Assembly (NCBI GenBank): GCA_013265495.1
Contig: MU058009.1
Location: 3,985,780-4,049,779, forward strand
Source of the DNA: Vicugna vicugna
Lineage: Eukaryota
Direction: 5' to 3'
DNA: 64,000 nt
Positions within the stretch are counted from its first letter, which is position 1; every line of letters begins with the position of its first letter. Of this stretch, positions 61,941 through 64,000 are shown in pieces. The translations under genes were made by a program, and so were the position numbers. The notes beneath the pieces were generated by a model. It worked only from the letters and a program-made list of their open reading frames with translations. It had not been told where the DNA came from and searched no databases.

Positions 61941-62532
61941 TTTTTTTTTCAACTGAAGTACAGTCAGTTTGCAATGTTGCATCAATGTCTGGTGCACAGC
62001 ACAATAGTTCAGTCCTGTGCCTCTGCATACTCTTTCATTACAGGCCACTGCAAGATATTGAATATAGCTCTCTCTGCTCCACAGAAGAAACCTGTTTATC
62101 TATTTCATATATAGTAGTCAGTATCTGCAAATCTCGAATCCCGAATTTATCCCTTCCCACCTCCTTTCCGCCGCTGGTAACCGTAAGTTTGTTTTCCATG
62201 CCAGTGAGTCTGTTTCTGTGTGGCAGGTAAGTTCATTTGTGTCTTCTTTTTTTCTTTTTTTCAGATTCCACATATGAGTGATATCGTATGGTGTTTGTCT
62301 TTGTCCTTCTGACTTAACTTCACTTAAAATGACGATCTCCAGGTCCATCCATATTGCTGCAAACGGCATGATTTCATTCTTTTTATGGCTGAGTAGTAGT
62401 CCATTGTGTAAATACACCGCAGCTTCTTTATCCAGTCACCTGTCGCTGGACACTTAGGTTGCCTCCATGTCCTGGCTGTTGTAAACAGTGCTGCCGTGAA
62501 CGCTGGGGTGCGTGTGTCTTCTCAAATTAGAG
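61941..62532 (-). mobile_element. L1 3' ~600 bp (cetartiodactyl/camelid-type)
   Basis: Poly-T followed by the antisense L1 3' UTR and ORF2 end. The track ORF 62118-62417 gives the L1 signature HKKNEIMPFAAIWMDLEIVILSEV. Confidence 0.95.
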
Positions 62533-62899
62533 CTGTGCCGGGGAAGCCGGAGCATGGGATGCATTTGCTGTGGGCAGATCTCCTGATCCTGGGAGCCCCG
62601 CCGAGAGGCTTGTGGGACAGAAGATGGGGCCCTGGGTCCAAGCTGACATTGCTGCAAATTCTGCAGCTACAGGGCTCTTTGTAGCAGATGACTTTGAAAA
62701 GTCTTGGCAGCTTTCATTGTTTTGAATGGCAGTCTAGGGCCAGGGTGACCTGAGTTTTAGCCGTGGCTCTGTCGCAACTCGTCATGCTATCCTGCCGAGA
62801 AAACGAGGCTGCCCAGGCCCCTGTTTCCCGTGTGGGATGAGAACACGGGCATGATCCATTCTGCTCTGTTCAGTTCTTTACATTCAAGGGGGGGGTTCT

Positions 62900-63336
62900 C
62901 AGCTGTTCAAAAATACACTGTTGATCGTCCTCCCAGCACAAAGCTAGACTGAGTCTCCCAGCCTCTGCTGAATCGAGGTGTGGCCCAGTGACAGAGTTCT
63001 ACCCAAAGGGATGCAAACAAAAATGATGTGTGGGTTGTCCCCTAAAAAGCTCCCACATGAGCGACTTCAGGCCGCTGCTCCTCACACCATCTGGACGCTG
63101 ATGTCTGCGATCACCTTGGAAACTGTGTCCTGTTTGGCAGACGCGCCATCAGCCGAGTCACTGAATGCCCGCACAGAGAGGGCTTCGGCCCCCCCCCCCG
63201 CCTGGCCAGCTGACCCGGAACCTCGCCCGTTAGATTATGGCACAAAGGAGTACGTTAAGGTGCACTTCCGCTGTGATAGGCTTTCAGATGCTGGAGTTCG
63301 CTTCTTACAGTAGTTAGCACTACCCTTGCTAATTCA
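62900..63336 (+). mobile_element. MaLR solo LTR, MLT1J/I-like
   Basis: cacaaagctagactgagtctcccagcctc...aggtgtggcccagtgacagagttctacccaaagggatg, ending cttacagtagttagcactacccttgctaattca. Confidence 0.7.
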
Positions 63337-63378
63337 GTATGGTTATAATTCATGTTGTCTGCTTTCAACTGCATAGAA

Positions 63379-63383
63379 ATATG

Positions 63384-63416
<33 letters not shown>
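63379..63416. repeat. (TA)n microsatellite with TG interruptions
   Basis: Read directly. Confidence 0.9.
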
Positions 63417-64000
63417 TTAATACAAACTTAAGCACTTATTAAAATTTCTTGTCAAGCCTTTGGCTGGTTTTTGCACGTGTCTGAAAGTAGGAACTGTGGC
63501 CTTTTCAGACGGAAGCCTCCAGTGATTGATAACCATTTGCTTGAGTCTTTACATCTCTGAACCAAGTAAAATGCCTGCTTTACTCTCTAAGTATGTGAAA
63601 ACCAGTGACAAAGAAAAGTTTTACCTTGAAGCAAATTAGCACATGTCCATAATGGGTACAACTCGAGACGTGCTATAATTAGCGAAAATGCCTCTTAGAT
63701 GACAAATGGCTCATTAATGGCTAGAGGTGTCTTATTTAGTGTAACCTTCTGTGCTAGAGAGAGCCTAACATTCGGTGTTTTAACTGACGCACAGGAAAGA
63801 GACAGATGGAATGATCTGTAGGCTTGTTCTTTAAAGTGTTGAAGAAAAAGGAGAGAAACTGCTGTCAGAGGTCAGGTTTTAGAAGAGCACGCAGGTGGGG
63901 GAGGCTGTCACCTGCAGCTCTGGGGAGAGGGGACAGGGAGGGGGAAAGGGTCGTGTGGGTGGGTCTGCAGGGAACAGAGGCGATGCGGAGACGTCGAGAC

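Noticed and set aside
62118-62417. ORF with KKNEIMPFAAIWMDLEIVILSEV
   Set aside because: This is a relic of the L1 ORF2 end / 3' UTR, not a host gene.

Overview
This is mammalian genomic DNA, GC-rich and apparently non-coding. The L1 3' ends look cetartiodactyl. I saw no Bov-tA/A2, PRE1 or CHR-2 SINEs, so a camelid is the best guess (inference). I found no credible protein-coding exon, RNA gene, CRISPR array or prokaryote-type system. The ORFs in the track are explained by GC-rich open frames, microsatellites and repeats. The main landmark is a CpG island at about 49.7-51.1 kb, interrupted by a 197-N assembly gap. It is probably the promoter and non-coding first exon of a gene I could not identify. 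The rest is old repeats (MIR, L2, MER5, MLT1), short L1 3' fragments, simple repeats, and many short AT-rich patches with homeodomain-type motifs that look like enhancers or conserved non-coding elements. The observations most worth checking are: five PBX-HOX-type TGATTTAT sites within 4.5 kb (16.5-21.0 kb); an RFX X-box cluster at 4.5 kb; an X-box overlapping a start-stop uORF pair in the CpG island; a 5'-inverted (twin-primed) L1 with a visible target-site duplication; weak-to-strong substitution bias in the repeats; and an orphan A69 tract next to a tandem duplication. I do not see evidence for a previously undescribed biological system. All repeat family names come from remembered consensus sequences, and their boundaries are approximate.
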